64,000 bases of DNA from the human T2T-CHM13v2.0 reference genome, Homo sapiens: NCBI RefSeq assembly GCF_009914755.1, contig NC_060935.1; one strand, given 5' to 3'. Shown here piece by piece: positions 27,821 to 43,976 of the stretch; within the stretch, counting starts at the first letter, position 1; every line of letters starts with the position of its first letter. The position numbers and the translations under genes are program-made. Below the pieces are notes generated by a model. It searched no databases. It was not told the origin of the DNA and saw only the letters and a program-made list of their open reading frames with translations.

Positions 27821-28693
27821 CTGTGTTCTTTCACTTAATGTTTACAAAGTTCATCCATGTTTTAGCATTTATCATCACTTCATTCCTGTTTATTACCGAA
27901 TAATATTTCATTGTATGGTTAATATCACATTTTATTTATCCAACCATCGGCTCATAGATATTTGGGTTGTTTTTACTTTTCAGCTATTATGAGTAATGCT
28001 CCTGTGAATATTAGTGCACACATTTTTGTGTGGACATGTTTTCATTTCTCTGGGATATACACCTGGAAGTGAAATTACTGGGTCATATAGTAACTGTATG
28101 TTAAACACTTTGAGTGACCGCCAGACTATTTTCCAAAGGACTGCACTATTTTACATTCAGTGTAAGTATATTGCATATATATGCGGGTTCTAACTTCTCC
28201 ATCTCCTCGTCAGCACTTGTTATCATCTGTCTTTTATGTTATAACCATCCTAGTGGCCATGAAGTGCTATCTATTGTGGTTTTGATTTGTATTTCCCTGA
28301 TGGCTCATGACGTTCAGTATTTTTAAATGTACTTATCGACCATTTGTATCTATTCTTTTGAGAAATGTTTATTTAGGTCCTTTCTCCAGCTTTAAAAAAA
28401 TTATTTTGTTATTGAGTTATAGTTCTTTATATATTCTAGACACAAGTCTCTTGTCAAATATATGATTTGCAAAACTTTTCTCCAATTCATCAGGTTGTCT
28501 TTTCATTTATTGATGGTATCCTTTGAAACACGAAACCTTCTAATTTCGATGACGTCCAGTTCACTCACCCTTTATTGCTTGTCCTTTTGGTGTCATAGCT
28601 AAGAAACCACTGCCTAATCCAAGGTTACAAAGATTTATGCCAATGCTTCTGAGAGTTTTATAGTTTTAGCTCTTACATTTAGGTCTTTGATCC
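27815..28693 (-). mobile_element. L1M (L1MB-like) ORF2-end/3'UTR fragment
   Basis: GTTCATCCATGTT...GGAAGTGAAATTACTGGGTCATATAG...GTGGTTTTGATTTGTATTTCCCTGATG...GCTCTTACATTTAGGTCTTTGATCC. Confidence 0.9.
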
Positions 28694-28870
28694 TCATGGT
28701 CTATTTTTAAAAAGCAAGTTGTATGACATTTAAAACTCAGATACTCAGTCCTCATTAAAACTTCATCTGAAATCAAGATTAGAGGAAAAAGAGTTTAGCA
28801 GAGTCCTTCCTTGCAAGTGACCCAAAAGGTTGCAGTTTTATAAGACAAAAATAGACTAGACATCTCCAGA

Positions 28871-28916
28871 GACTTTATTATGACTTTTATTAGGACTTTA
28901 TTATGACTTTCATTAA
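28871..28916. repeat. Four imperfect copies of an 11-12-bp unit GACTTTATTAT
   Basis: GACTTTATTAT GACTTTTATTAG GACTTTATTAT GACTTTCATTAA. Confidence 0.85.
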
Positions 28917-31028
28917 GGCTTGGGTTTCGAGGTGTTCAAACCTGCAAATATGGGTGATAGACGGATGGACCCTTTGTAGTTGGCGTTAGGTGATAAAGAG
29001 AATAGGAGGCTGCTGCCCACCGCCGTTTCAACACGGCCAGCAGCTCTGCTCTCTGCCTCCTGTCCTGTGTCCTTCCTCCTTTGGATCTCTTGGCCTGAGA
29101 TCCTTTCAGATGGTGATTTTTGGTCCCCTTTTGTCCACGTAGTTGCTTACACATGCTAGTGCACCCCCACAGCCTCATGTCTGCCTGTCCACCCCATCTC
29201 CCTCCTCATTCTGGGACTGGAGACAGTTTGGTTTTTTTATGTATCAGGATAATGACCACCTCTTTTTCTTCCCATATGAGCTCCCACTCCCTTCTTCTCT
29301 ACGTACCTTCCTTGGAGCTAATTCACACATACCTCAGGGTGCTTCTTATTTTTCATGTTTTTTTTCTCTTCCTATAGATAGAACTCATAAGGTTTCCATG
29401 GAAACCCCTGATCAGAGGTAGGGGATTCTTGAATAGAGGTGAGATACACAAGCTTTGCTCATTTCTGAGGGGCTCTGGGAGTGTCTCCCTCACTCCTCCG
29501 CCAACTCCCTCTCCAACTCTTCCTGGGTCAGCTCTTGGGTCTGTCTCTATAAGATGCTTCAGGAGCCCCCAGAACTTTGTCTTAGGATAGAACAGATGGT
29601 GGTGACGATGGCCCTGAGAGTCCGGGCTCTAGGAAGAGGCTGCTGCTGGGTGGGTTGTTTGGCATCTGCAGAAAACCTGAAATCTGGTGTGTTTCCCAGG
29701 AAAAGGGAAGTGCTTAATGGCAATCCAATTCTCCCTATTGCGTCATGAGACAAGTCCTGGTTAGGAGAGCTGGGTCCCAAATTACCAGCATTGTCTTCCT
29801 CTTATTAGACAGAGATGGAAAGGCCTTCTGGAGGTAAAGGCATGGCTGTGATAATCACCGGAAGGCCTTCCCATCTCTGGTTGAGATTCTTGTATGCCCG
29901 GTCTTTATATGAATGGCAGGTCTTAGGCATGCATATAAGCAAATTAACATGCTGGAACTGGAAGGGATTCAGAGTCGAGGTTCTAATATATAGGTTGAAG
30001 GTTCCTGGAGGACTGCAGAGTTACAGCAAAGGCTCTAAGAGGCCATGTGTGCACTGAATGCTGCCTGGGGAACAAATACATCAACGTGGTCACCATCTCT
30101 TGGAACTATGCTATTTTTTTAAATGATAAAAATTAATCCCATACTTGAAAAAATTGCAAACTACTGATTTGTTGTAGACCTATTACCTTGCAAATGAAGT
30201 AAACAGGGGCTCAGACAGCAAGAGTGAGGTGGCGACTAGCCTGAAGTCAGCCAGCTAGGACCGGAGGCTTGGGGTGGGGTAAGTGTTAGTGGCAGCACCT
30301 ACTGCTCTGTTTACCCACACTGTGGAAAGTGCTATACTGGGAAAAGGAGGCCTCCTCTGACCAGCAAGTGCCTACTCCTGCAGCTCAGAGCCTGAGAAAG
30401 AAACTACACATTAAAAGTGAAACTGAGGTGGTTTCATCTTCCCAGAATAAATGAATGATATCAGTAGAAAAGCTAGGGGATTTTTCTGGGGATTGGGGGG
30501 AAGGGAGTTCAAGGAAGCAGCAGTTCTGAGGATACTGATTTCATTCATTATCTTTTTGAAAAATAAATTAATATTTTAAATTAGGTTCCTAATCACAGAG
30601 TGTGAATCATAACAGAAGGATTGGGTGGCCTCCCTTTCAAGACCAGCGCTGGGAAGAGCTTTGAACCTGAGCCTAACTGTGGATTTAGATCTGGTGCACT
30701 TCTCCCCACTTCTGTACCTAGGCCAGTCAAATCCAGAACTTGTTTTTTTTAGGGGATTTCAGAGGAGTTGAGAACACGAAGGTCCATAATTAAGCATCAT
30801 TGATTTTTAAATTATTTTGGCTCTGAGGTTTAAACTGGCATTGAACTCTCAGGTTCAGTTTAGAACTCTCTTATATTGTGAAAACTGCCTCAGTGTTTCC
30901 ATTCTGAAGACCTTGCAGTTGCTTGATTTGCATATAGGAGTGTGATATTTAAGTGTGTGGGAAAGTGGATGAATGTGGGTGACTATGTTATGCGTTTGTG
31001 AAAAAGCATCCAGGAATATAGGTGATCA

Positions 31029-31445
31029 TGTGGCTTGTCAGGACTTGGCAGGATGCAGATGGCACACTCGGATAGGGTAATGGGGGGCGTTTAAGAAAGG
31101 GACTCTCTTTAAAGGTGTGGGTAAAGTTAAGGGATATCAGCAAAGGATAAATGGAGCAAAGGATAAATGAGGCAAGAGAGGTCACCTGACCTGAGCTGTG
31201 GCCTTGGGTGCAGAGATGCAGTCAATCCACAGGAAAGTAGCAAGGGAGAAGCTGAGGGACAAGCCCCTGTCCCAATTCTCCTCTTGCCCTCCTGTATCCA
31301 GCCAGTGCCTCCCTTGGCAGGACCCAACCAGAAGCCAGAAGGCAAGAGAACTGGTTACACTTCTCAGAAGGGCCAGCCTCCTGGGTCACAGAGCAAGATG
31401 GGGCTGTGGGGCTGTGTAGCAAGATGGGGGGATCTACTCTACACA
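31029..31445 (-). mobile_element. ERVL solo LTR (LTR33-like)
   Basis: CAGATGGCACACTC...AAAGGGACT...AAAGGTGTGGG...GAGCTGTGGCCTT...ACCCAACCAGAAGCCAGAAGGCAAG...CAGCCTCCTGGGTCACAGAGCA. Confidence 0.75.
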
Positions 31446-31572
31446 TGCAGAGTGGATCCAGAGTTGAATGTGTAATGGTAGGTCGGGTAAAATCTTACTG
31501 TGAGAACACTCAGGCATTAACTGGGGCTGACCTGGACTTGAATTTAAAGAGTGCTTCCTACTTCAGAGTCTT

Positions 31573-31573
<1 letters not shown>

Positions 31574-31606
<33 letters not shown>
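31574..31606. repeat. (CT)16 microsatellite
   Basis: Directly visible. Confidence 0.97.
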
Positions 31607-31610
<4 letters not shown>

Positions 31611-31669
31611 CACCTATTCTGCTTCTTTCTCCCTGTGGTAGGGAAGAACCTAGTTTCCAATGTGTGGCA

Positions 31670-31932
31670 TCTTGATTAAATGGAAAGTACATGGGCTATG
31701 GAGCTAAATCATATTAGCTTGAAATTTTAGCTCAGCCACTTACTGAATGTGAGCCTTGGGCTAGTTACTAACCTTGCAAGTTCCAGTTTCCTCATCTGTA
31801 AAATGTTGGTAATGTTAAACTCCTTGCAAGGTTGATATAAGAATTAAAGACTATGTATCTTTATCTGTGTCAGTATCTTCATCTCCCAGTATAGTGGTTC
31901 ATTCATGTTAAGTGTTCAATAAATACTGGCTA
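31670..31932 (+). mobile_element. MIR SINE
   Basis: GCCACTTACTGAATGTGAGCCTTGGGCTAGTTACTAACC...CAGTTTCCTCATCTGTAAAATG. Confidence 0.85.
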
Positions 31933-32230
31933 TTTTTCTCATATCCACCACCTGGGCTGTCGGTCACACCTACTCATTTTCTCTTATACTTTGCTTCACG
32001 AATTCCTTCTTCTTTCCTACATCATTAATCTTTTGCTCTCTAGTGGGTCTTTCGTTTTTATTTCTTAAATACACATCTCCCTGATGTTAACAAAGAAACC
32101 TCTCTCCCAACCTAAATTCTTCTCTAGCTTCTATATTTTGGCTATTGTTCCCTTCATGAATATATATATATATATATGAATATATATTTCTTTCTATTTG
32201 TCCATTAATGCATCTATCCATCCATCTTTA

Positions 32231-32539
32231 TTTTTATTTTTATTTATTCATTTCTTTTGAGATGGAGTCTTGCTCTGTTGCCCAGGCTGGAGTGCAGTGA
32301 CGCGATCTCAGCTCACTGCAACCTCCACCTCCTGGGTTCAGGTGATTCTCTTGCCTTAGCCTCCTGAATAGTTGGGATTACAGGCATGCACCACCACGCC
32401 CAGCTAATTTTTGTGTTTTTAGTAGAGATGGGGTTTACCATGTTGGCCAGGGTGGTCTTGAACTCCTGACCTCAAGTGATCCACCTGCCTTGGCCTCCCA
32501 AAGTGCTGAGATTACAGGCATGAGACACTGTGCCTGGCC
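32231..32539 (-). mobile_element. AluS
   Basis: Full dimer; TSD ATCCAT(C/T)CATCTTTA. Confidence 0.95.
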
Positions 32540-33156
32540 CATCCATTCATCTTTAAAAATCAGCATACATGTATTGCCCTAAGTGTCTTACCACCTTTTG
32601 ACTTCTCAACCCCCTGCAGATTTGTTTGTTTTCTACCATTGTGCCAAAAATGATCTCAGCAGTCTCTAATTAATTTCCCAAATGCCAAATCCAGTGGCCT
32701 ATTTCTAGACCTCATCCTGCTTCACAGCATTTGACATTCCCAATTATGTCTTTCTTCTTGAAATACACTTCCTCCTTGGTCTTTGTGCTGCTGTATTTTC
32801 TTGGTTCTCAGTGTTCCTGCCCAGGTAACCCCCTTCCCCTAAACCCTCTAGTCACTTATGTTTTCTTTCTTGCACACAAGTGTAGATGTTGCTAGTAATT
32901 GATTATTTATTTGACTGTTTCTTCCTGTTGCTCCTCCTGTAACATTCAGGAGAGCAGGGGTTTTATCTGTTCTGTTTATTGTTTTATTCTCACTACTGAA
33001 CCCAGTGTCCCAGTGCTTGATATAAAGTGTTAGCAAATACTACTTGAATGAAGAATAGATTTAAAATTTATTCCTCCAAGGTAACTCTCTTAGCCTGCTT
33101 CTCAACTATATCCTCCCCACATAGACATCTGTGACCTCTTTCTTTGGACTCTAGAT

Positions 33157-33364
33157 CATGGGTCAGAAAACTTTTTCTTAAAGGACCTGATAGTCCATAT
33201 ATTTAGCTTGCAGGTCATATGGTCTCCATCACAACTACTCAGCTCTGCCACTGTAAAGCAAAAGAAACTATAAATAAAATATCAATTAATAGGTGTGGCT
33301 GTGTTTCAATAAAACTTTGTTTACAAAAACACACATCCCACGGGTCATAATTTGCAGAACCCTA
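33157..33364. mobile_element. MER58A (hAT-Charlie MITE)
   Basis: CATGGGTCAGAAAACTTTTTC...ACAACTACTCAGCTCTGCCACTGTA...GTGGCTGTGTTTCAATAAAACTT; 8-bp TSD CTCTAGAT/CTCTAGCT. Confidence 0.9.
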
Positions 33365-34394
33365 CTCTAGCTTATGTTTCCAGTAGTTCAGTGAAAACTG
33401 TCGCATGATTAACTTAATGATACCTCAAATTCAATTCATCTGACCTGGAATTATCTTCTCTTTCTTCATTCTCCAAAAGCCTCTCCACTTGCTTGTGATA
33501 CTCAGCTCAGTTTACACTATGCCAATTCTTCTGGTATTGTGGGAGAGAAACCTAAGATAGCTTCATCTTTACATTTTCCTTCCCCCAGTCCAATCAATGA
33601 CCCCATTCTGACCATTTTGTCTCTGCAGTTTTCCTTACTCAGACCTTGCTGAGCTCAAGCTCTCCTTAACTCTACCTTGATCACTGCCTCCCCTCCTAAT
33701 CAATCATCCTCATTGTTCTTGAGCAGATATGACCATGCCATTCTCCTCACTCCTCTCAAACCCGTCATTAGTTTCCTGGTGCTTACCGAATACTGTGTAA
33801 ATTCTTTAACATCGTTTCCAGCCTCCTCACTTCCTTCTTGACTCCCCTTCCTTCATACCTTTGTTCTTTCTTTCCTTTCATCCTGGAATACCTTTCCTGT
33901 CCACTGCCCATGAACATATTTATGCTCTAGGTCTCAAGTCAACTGCTACTCACTTGGAGGCCCTTCCCAGCCCCACAAGCCTGGAGAGTCACCTATCCCA
34001 CTGCACTTCCCTTCTGCCTTGTAGTGTGGGTGAGTTTGGTTCTTTATACCCCTCTTCTCCCCCTTAGTATTGCAAAGCTTCTTGAGGGCAGGGACCATGG
34101 CATATCCATCCTCATAGATTGTTGTTTGTGGAACTGAATTACAACTTTAACCCAAGAACCCTTTATTGTGGTCATGGGATGAGTCCCATTGGTTGCTGGA
34201 GATCGGAGGTCCTTCCCTGTGCCACTGTGAGTCTGTGTGTGTGTGTAATGATGCTTCTTCCTGCATATGCTTCTATTGTTCCCTTCCCAGGCCTCATAAT
34301 TATGCTTTGTGAAGTGGCCAAAGGAGGGACGGGAAAATACTTTCTCACTTCTCTGTCCACTTCTGTCAGGCAGATACTCTAGAATAAGAGAACA

Positions 34395-34575
34395 TCATAT
34401 GTATAGGCTTGGAAGTTTGACAGATTTGAGTTGGAATTCTAGTTTTTTACCTAGATGTGGGCCTTGAGCAGGTTATTAAACCTCTCTCCACATCTAAGTT
34501 TTCCCATCTGTCAAGTGAGATTCTAATATCAACTTTATAGGGCTGTTATGAAGATTAAATTAGGTTTTACATACA
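34395..34575 (+). mobile_element. MIR SINE
   Basis: GGCCTTGAGCAGGTTATTAAACCTCTCT...GTTTTCCCATCTGTCAAGTGAG. Confidence 0.75.
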
Positions 34576-34674
34576 TATTTTTCTCTTCCATATCTGCCTT
34601 TCCTCTGCCACATTTTCTCCACTATTTCTAAAGATTTAGGGGCTGATTTGTAGGGGTGGCTTCCAGCGTTCTGA

Positions 34675-35136
<462 letters not shown>

Positions 35137-36191
35137 TAAAAAACAGAAAGCTGCCCAGTCCCCACTGGCCACAGTGCATCGGCAGTAGCCGCAGCTAGGC
35201 AGAGCATGCTCGGCAGATGAACCCCTTTCCTTGGCTGTGAAATATTTAGCAAATTCTTCACTCTTGCTGGGCTTGTCCATAAGTGGAGGAAGATGACATC
35301 AGCCTCTGTCTTCAGTTTGTGTGAGGGAAACAGGAAGGAATGCCTAGTCCATTTCATGAGCATGGAACCACTTCATCATGTGTTTGCTGGGTGCCTGTTA
35401 GACCATGACTGCAGCTGTTTAAGTGCTTAGAGGGTCTTTTGGCAGAGACGTTTTGTAGTTTAGATTATTTTCAGAAAGGAGGTGAGATGTGAAAGGTAGA
35501 AGCAGCTAGAAGCAGTCTCTGAGCCTCCCAGGTCAGGGAGTGCAAAGCTATTGAATACCAAAATGCTGGCATTTTAAGAAGTATCGTCTGGCTTCATGAC
35601 TAATGGCTCTGGATGTGAAGTATCCCCAGGAAGATTTTTCAGACAAGGACTAATTTGGCACAGGCTTCTCCTGGAGTCACGGCTCGCAGTGGATGCCACG
35701 CACTCCAGAAAGGCAGCGTGTTTGCTGACACACAGGCCTACACACATGTACATGAGGCCCAGTGTTTATCATCACAGCCAGACTGTATTTAGAAGGAATG
35801 GAGGAAACAAAACTCCCCAAAGTCACTGAGGCAGTGTTCTTTGGCTGGCAAACAAAAGATGGGCATTGCAGGGAGAGTGGGCTCTTGTGCCAGGTGAGTG
35901 GGTTTGGAGGGCTTCTCAAAGGACAAAGCACCCACCCCCAGGCTCTTCTCTGTGCTTATGGATCCACAAAGCCAACAAGTTCCTTTACTACTTGGATTCC
36001 AGCTCCAGCATTTCCAGACATCTCAGGGTTTTGTTTCCTGGCCCTCAGTGTGCATAGAGACAAGCATCAGCCTGCCCCTGCCCTCCCGCCCCCACCCGCC
36101 CCGCCCCACAAGTAGCCTGTTTGGCCTAGGAATGTGCAACCCTTTTTTCTTTCAAATAACAAGGCCCACAAATACAGATTATATGTGATTA

Positions 36192-36514
<323 letters not shown>

Positions 36515-36592
36515 AAAAATAGCTATGGTTAGTATGGAAAGGGGGAAAAATAGTAACTTTATAGTGGAGAAAACTGGCAAACACTACCTTAG

Positions 36593-37304
<712 letters not shown>

Positions 37305-37471
37305 TTCAGTCCGGGGATCAAGGTCAACATCAATGATGAGTCACATTGATATTATAATAGTACATACTCCTGAGACGATGTGCTGACAATGGCACATTAC
37401 CTCTGTGATCTTCCTCCCCAAAACCCACTGCCACAGTCTAATCATGAGAAAAACAACAGTAAAAAAATCCC

Positions 37472-37856
<385 letters not shown>

Positions 37857-38120
37857 TCAGCCAAGAGGAGCCTAAGGAGATAAGATGAGAAAATGTAATG
37901 CAGCGTCCTGGATGGAATCCTGGAATGGAAATAGGAAATTAGGTAAAAGTTAAGGAAAACTGGATGAAGAATGGAGTTTAATTAATAATTATGTATTAAT
38001 ATTGATTGTTGGTATAATGATTTCAACAAATGCACCATACTAACGTGAGATGTTAATAATAGAAGAAACCGGGTGTGGAGTCTATAAGAGCTCTGTGTAT
38101 TATCTTCACAACTTTTTTCT

Positions 38121-38425
38121 AGGTGGGGTGGGAAGACAGAATCTTACTCTGTTATCCAGGCTGGAGTGCAGTGGTACAATCTGGGCTCACTGCAACCTCT
38201 GCCTCCTGGGTTCAAGCGATTCTTGTGCCTCTGCCTCCTGAGTAGCTGTGATTACTGGGATTACAAGCGTATGCCACAGTGCCTGGCTAATGTTTTCCCA
38301 TTTTTAGTAGAGACAGGGTTTCACCATGTTGGCCAGGCTGGTCTCAAACTCCTGGCCCCAAGTGATCTGCCTGCCTCGGCCTCCCAAAGTGCTGGGATTA
38401 CAGGTGTGAGCCACTGCACCTGGCC
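38121..38425 (-). mobile_element. AluS with an atypical tail
   Basis: Antisense dimer; TSD ACA(A/G)CTTTTTT; 9-bp internal duplication CTG(T/G)GATTA. Confidence 0.93.
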
Positions 38426-39149
38426 ACAGCTTTTTTGTAAATTTTAAACTCTTCTAAAATAAAAAAAAATTGATTTAACAAATAGCTAATGTTCACATCA
38501 ATTCATTAAAAAAAAAAAAAGAGAGAGAGACTCTCTGACTTGGAAAGAACCTCAAAAGTCACCTGGTCAAATGGTGTTTGATATTGATTTCTTTATACAA
38601 AAACACTACCCAAACATGATATTAAGTGGAAGTCCAATGACATGAAATAAATGCAGACTTGCTCTGGCGGCAGTGGGGAAGGAGCCCCTGTGTCCACCCA
38701 TCTGCTTCCTTCCTCACCTCCTGCCTGTCTCTGGGCATTGCTGAGCAACGTCTGGCACTCTGTACGCATCACCCTGCTCCTTGAATCCCTCTTCTCCTCA
38801 TAACCTCCCAATCTTCCTTGAGCATCTATCTCTAGAAATGGATATCCGTCCAAAAACAAAACAAAATAAAAGAGTTTTTATCTTTGTAATGAATTTTCAC
38901 TACTGTTATGATTCTCAGCATTTTTTTACATGGGTCAAATCCGTGTGTAATTTCTATTTATAGAATTTTATAATGGCTTTGAGTCCATATAGAATATATG
39001 TCAAATACAACCTTTCCAGGTAATTTTTCTAGTTTTTGAAGACATTCTTTTGCTCTCCCTCACTCCCATTGCTTATTTCCTTTGCAGGATTGATAATTTC
39101 TGTCCTTTCAACTGGTTGATAGTGGCAGACTGGTATGCCACTTTTCTTT

Positions 39150-40830
<1,681 letters not shown>

Positions 40831-41459
40831 CTCAGATTACTGTCAGTTTCATATCAATTCTGGCAACTCTCCTCAGACCAAACTTCAGTCTACCTATAAA
40901 GCTATGGAATTATGGCCTGATACTCATATTATACAGTATGCATGACCAAGCAAAGAGGAAAATGGGATTCTCTCCTCCCTTAATTTTAAGTTTTATCATT
41001 CTATAAAGTCTGTGTCTTAGTCATCACTACAGCCCTAATGCCTGGTGCAGTGCTTGGGTGACTGTTGAATGAATTTATGAATCCAATAAAAGAAAGGCAG
41101 GATTTATTCCTTGGCAACTAGTTCATACTACTGACTAATAGTTAATATTACTCCTATCTACTTTTATACTCCTAGAGATAAATTTTCAGAACTTCACAGG
41201 CTGCCTGTGAGTCTGTTACATTTCATCTTGTTATATTTGGCTCATTGTTCATGAATTTCAAGATTTTTAGACGTTTTACTTCAACCACTTTTCTTCTGAG
41301 TTTCACTTCGCCTTTGGTTTTGACAAGAATGCCTTTTGTATCTTCAGTTCAGTCATTGATAAGATTGTTGAACAGGATGAGGCCAGACACTCAGAGAGCT
41401 CTCCAGATAATATGATAATTTCTAAACCCTGCTCTGTGACTAATAAATGAGCTTTTAGA

Positions 41460-41635
41460 ATAATGAAATCATTTAATTTGGATGCTAGAAGGGACATTGA
41501 AGATCATTAGTCAGGCCTGGGTATTTTACAGATGAGGAAATCAAGACTCCTATACATTAAGTAATTTCCCCAATAACACGCAGTTATTAGGGAAAGTGCT
41601 GGGAGGGAGAACCAAATGCCAGTTACTTTAGCTTT
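41460..41635 (-). mobile_element. MIR/MIR3 fragment
   Basis: GCTAGAAGGGACATTGAAGATCATTAGTC...ATTTTACAGATGAGGAAATCAAG. Confidence 0.75.
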
Positions 41636-41667
41636 CCCTGTGCAATTTATCTTTATCCTTTCCTTTT

Positions 41668-42222
41668 TATTTCTAATGTCTATTATATGTTTCCACATAA
41701 CAAATTACCCAGAACATAGCAAGTTAAAACATTAATAACCACGGTTTATTGCCACAGAATCTGGTTTGGGAGAAGCCTGACAGGGTGGTTTTAGCCTAGG
41801 CTCTCTCAGGAGGTTGTGCTTAGATGGCAACCGTGGCTGCAGTCATTTGAAGCATTGACTGGGGCTGGAGGATCCAGTTCCAAGATGGCACACTCACAGA
41901 GATGGCTAATGCATGCTGGCAATGATAGGTCTCAGTTTCTCACCGCGTGCATCTTTCCTTGGGCTGTTTGAGAACCCTAAGAACATGTTAGCTGCCTTCT
42001 CCCAGAATGAATGATCTGAGAGATTGAGAAAGCCACGGTGGTTTTTGTTTGTTTTGTTTATTGTTTTTACAAGCTCCCCACAGAAGTCACATCCTGTTGT
42101 CTTTGTAATCCCCTGTTGGTTACCCAGGTCCACCCTCTTCAATGTGGAAGGGGACTGACTACACAGGCTTGAACACCAGAAGGTGGGGTTTGCTGGGGCT
42201 GTCTCATGGTCTGTCTACCACA
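41668..42222 (-). mobile_element. MaLR solo LTR (MLT1F/G/H-type)
   Basis: CATAACAAATTACCC...GACTGGGGCTGGAGGATCCAGTTCCAAGATGGC...CAGAAGTCACA...CTACCACA. Confidence 0.85.
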
Positions 42223-42444
42223 TTTGGCCAGCACCTCGACTGGGGCTCTTTTTATCTTTGAATAGAGTAAACCTATAACCTCTGAATGATCTTCCCATCT
42301 CTCTTCAATTTCATTCTCTTTCCACTGCAAATCCCTTACAACTGCCTGATGAATCTTGGTAAAATGCAACTCTGAAAAGGTCATCCTTATTCTACTCTTT
42401 TGCACTCTGATTTTTAAAAAATAGTTTAAAGGTTTCTTGTTACT

Positions 42445-42576
42445 AAGATGATCATATAATTTATTATCCAAACCAGAGCAATTTTGAGAATGAAATGAGA
42501 TGCTATTAGCAATTACGCATGAACCAGACATGTAAATTAGTACTGCCTTGAGAAATCCAGGACATATGGTCATTCT
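42445..42576. mobile_element. MER94-like hAT-Blackjack MITE
   Basis: TIRs AAGATGATCATAT...ATATGGTCATTCT and internal AATTTATTATCCAAACCAG...TTTTGAGAATGAAA...GCTATTAGCAATTACGC. Confidence 0.75.
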
Positions 42577-43051
42577 TTTGCCTGCTATTAAAAATAAGAA
42601 CATTATTCTGTCCATTTTTTTATATTGGCAACAGCTTTCTAGTTTATAATTTTCTCTCTTACTATCAGCATTGAGATTCCTTCTGCTCTATCCAATGATA
42701 CCATTTTGTGTCTCTCAAACATGGCCAGGCTTTAACATATTCTTGCTTTTGCATATACTATTCCTTCCAAATGGAACGGCCTCTCCACTTCCGTATTTGT
42801 GGACTCCAATCTTCTCTTCAAGGCTGCAATTGCAGCCTCCTCCCAACACATTGTGATGCTTCATCTTGAAACCTCCATAGTACTTTTTACCTTTTCTGTC
42901 CTTCCCTTCTTTCTCCCATCTCTCTTCTCTTCTTTTCATTTTTCTTAGATAATTCTTGAGCATCTTCTATGTGCTAAGCTCCATTCTAAGTATGTTCATG
43001 AACTTAGCATAAACTTTTTCTGGTAGTTATTTATGTACCTGTCTTGTTCCC

Positions 43052-43446
43052 TGCCTTAAATCATTTTGTGCTGCTATAACCGAATACCACAGACTAGGTA
43101 ATTTACAAATAAGAGAAGTTTATTTCTCACAGTTCTAGAGGCTGGGGAGTTCAAGATCAAGGTGCCAGCAGGTTTAGTGTTTGGTAAGGGCTTGGTCTCT
43201 GCTTCCAAGATGGCAACTTGAACATTGCCTTCTCTGGAGGCGAGGAACCCTGTTCCTCACTTGACAGAAGAGTGGAAGAGACAAAAAAGAGAACAAGAGA
43301 GGGCCAAACTCACCATTTTATACCAATCCCACCCATGGTGGGGAGCCCTCATGGCCTAATCACCTCTTAAGGTTCCCACTTTCTAATACTGTTATGATTA
43401 AATTTCAAAATGAATTTTGGAGGGGCCAAACATTTGAAACATAGCA
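43052..43446 (-). mobile_element. MaLR solo LTR (MSTC/D-type)
   Basis: GCTGCTATAACCGAATACCACAGACTAGGTAATTT...TCTCTGCTTCCAAGATGGC...CATAGCA; TSD TTCCC/TCCCC. Confidence 0.9.
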
Positions 43447-43827
43447 TCCCCCCTACAAGTTTATAATCCCCTAAGTATAGGACTGTATCATACTCATTTA
43501 GCCAGGATCTCAATGAATGTTGCATGAATGTTTTGGGTTCTTAATAAATTCTAGTTTAATGAAATAAAACAGATTCTGGGAAAGAAAATTTCTGCAAAGG
43601 TATTATTGTGTAGATTTTCATACTAAGGAAAGGCTTCTTTATTAAAAGTGGCTTTCTTTCTCAGCTAAACATAAATAAAATTAAATAAGATTACATAGTA
43701 AAATTGGGGGAAGGTATAAAGGGAAACATGAATTCTCCTTTCTTTAAGGCTCATGTTTCCCTTTATACATTCCCCAAGTTTCCAATACATCCCCTTCATA
43801 TACAGCCAAATGATGCCTGCCCTCATT

Positions 43828-43850
43828 AACAACAACAACAACAACAACAA
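43828..43850. repeat. (AAC)7 microsatellite
   Basis: Directly visible. Confidence 0.95.
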
Positions 43851-43976
43851 AAAGTGAACGTTTGCATGGTTTCCTTTGCCTGTTTACCTTCCTCACCAAA
43901 AAGGACAAAGAAAATATCAGAGTTCCCCCAGGTGAGGTGTAGGTTTTACTTATCCAAGCAGTCACGTATGCTTGAG

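Larger units (their letters stand above)
31970..34140 (+). mobile_element. L2 LINE fragments, with a second L2 3' end (about 32850-33057), an Alu and a MER58A nested inside
   Basis: CCAAATCCAGTGGCC...CAGCATTTGACA...CTTCTTGAAATACACTTCCTCCTTGG; 3' end GCTTCTTGAGGGCAGGGACCATG. Confidence 0.75.
42260..43530 (+). mobile_element. L2 3' region, interrupted by MER94 and an MST LTR
   Basis: L2-like TCTTCAAGGCTGCAATTG... ending GGACTGTATCATACTCATT...CTCAATGAATGTTGCATGAATG. Confidence 0.6.

Noticed and set aside
27717-28326. ORFs over the L1M fragment (and over 47191-48521)
   Set aside because: Short chance frames in decayed L1 sequence; no intact ORF1 or ORF2.
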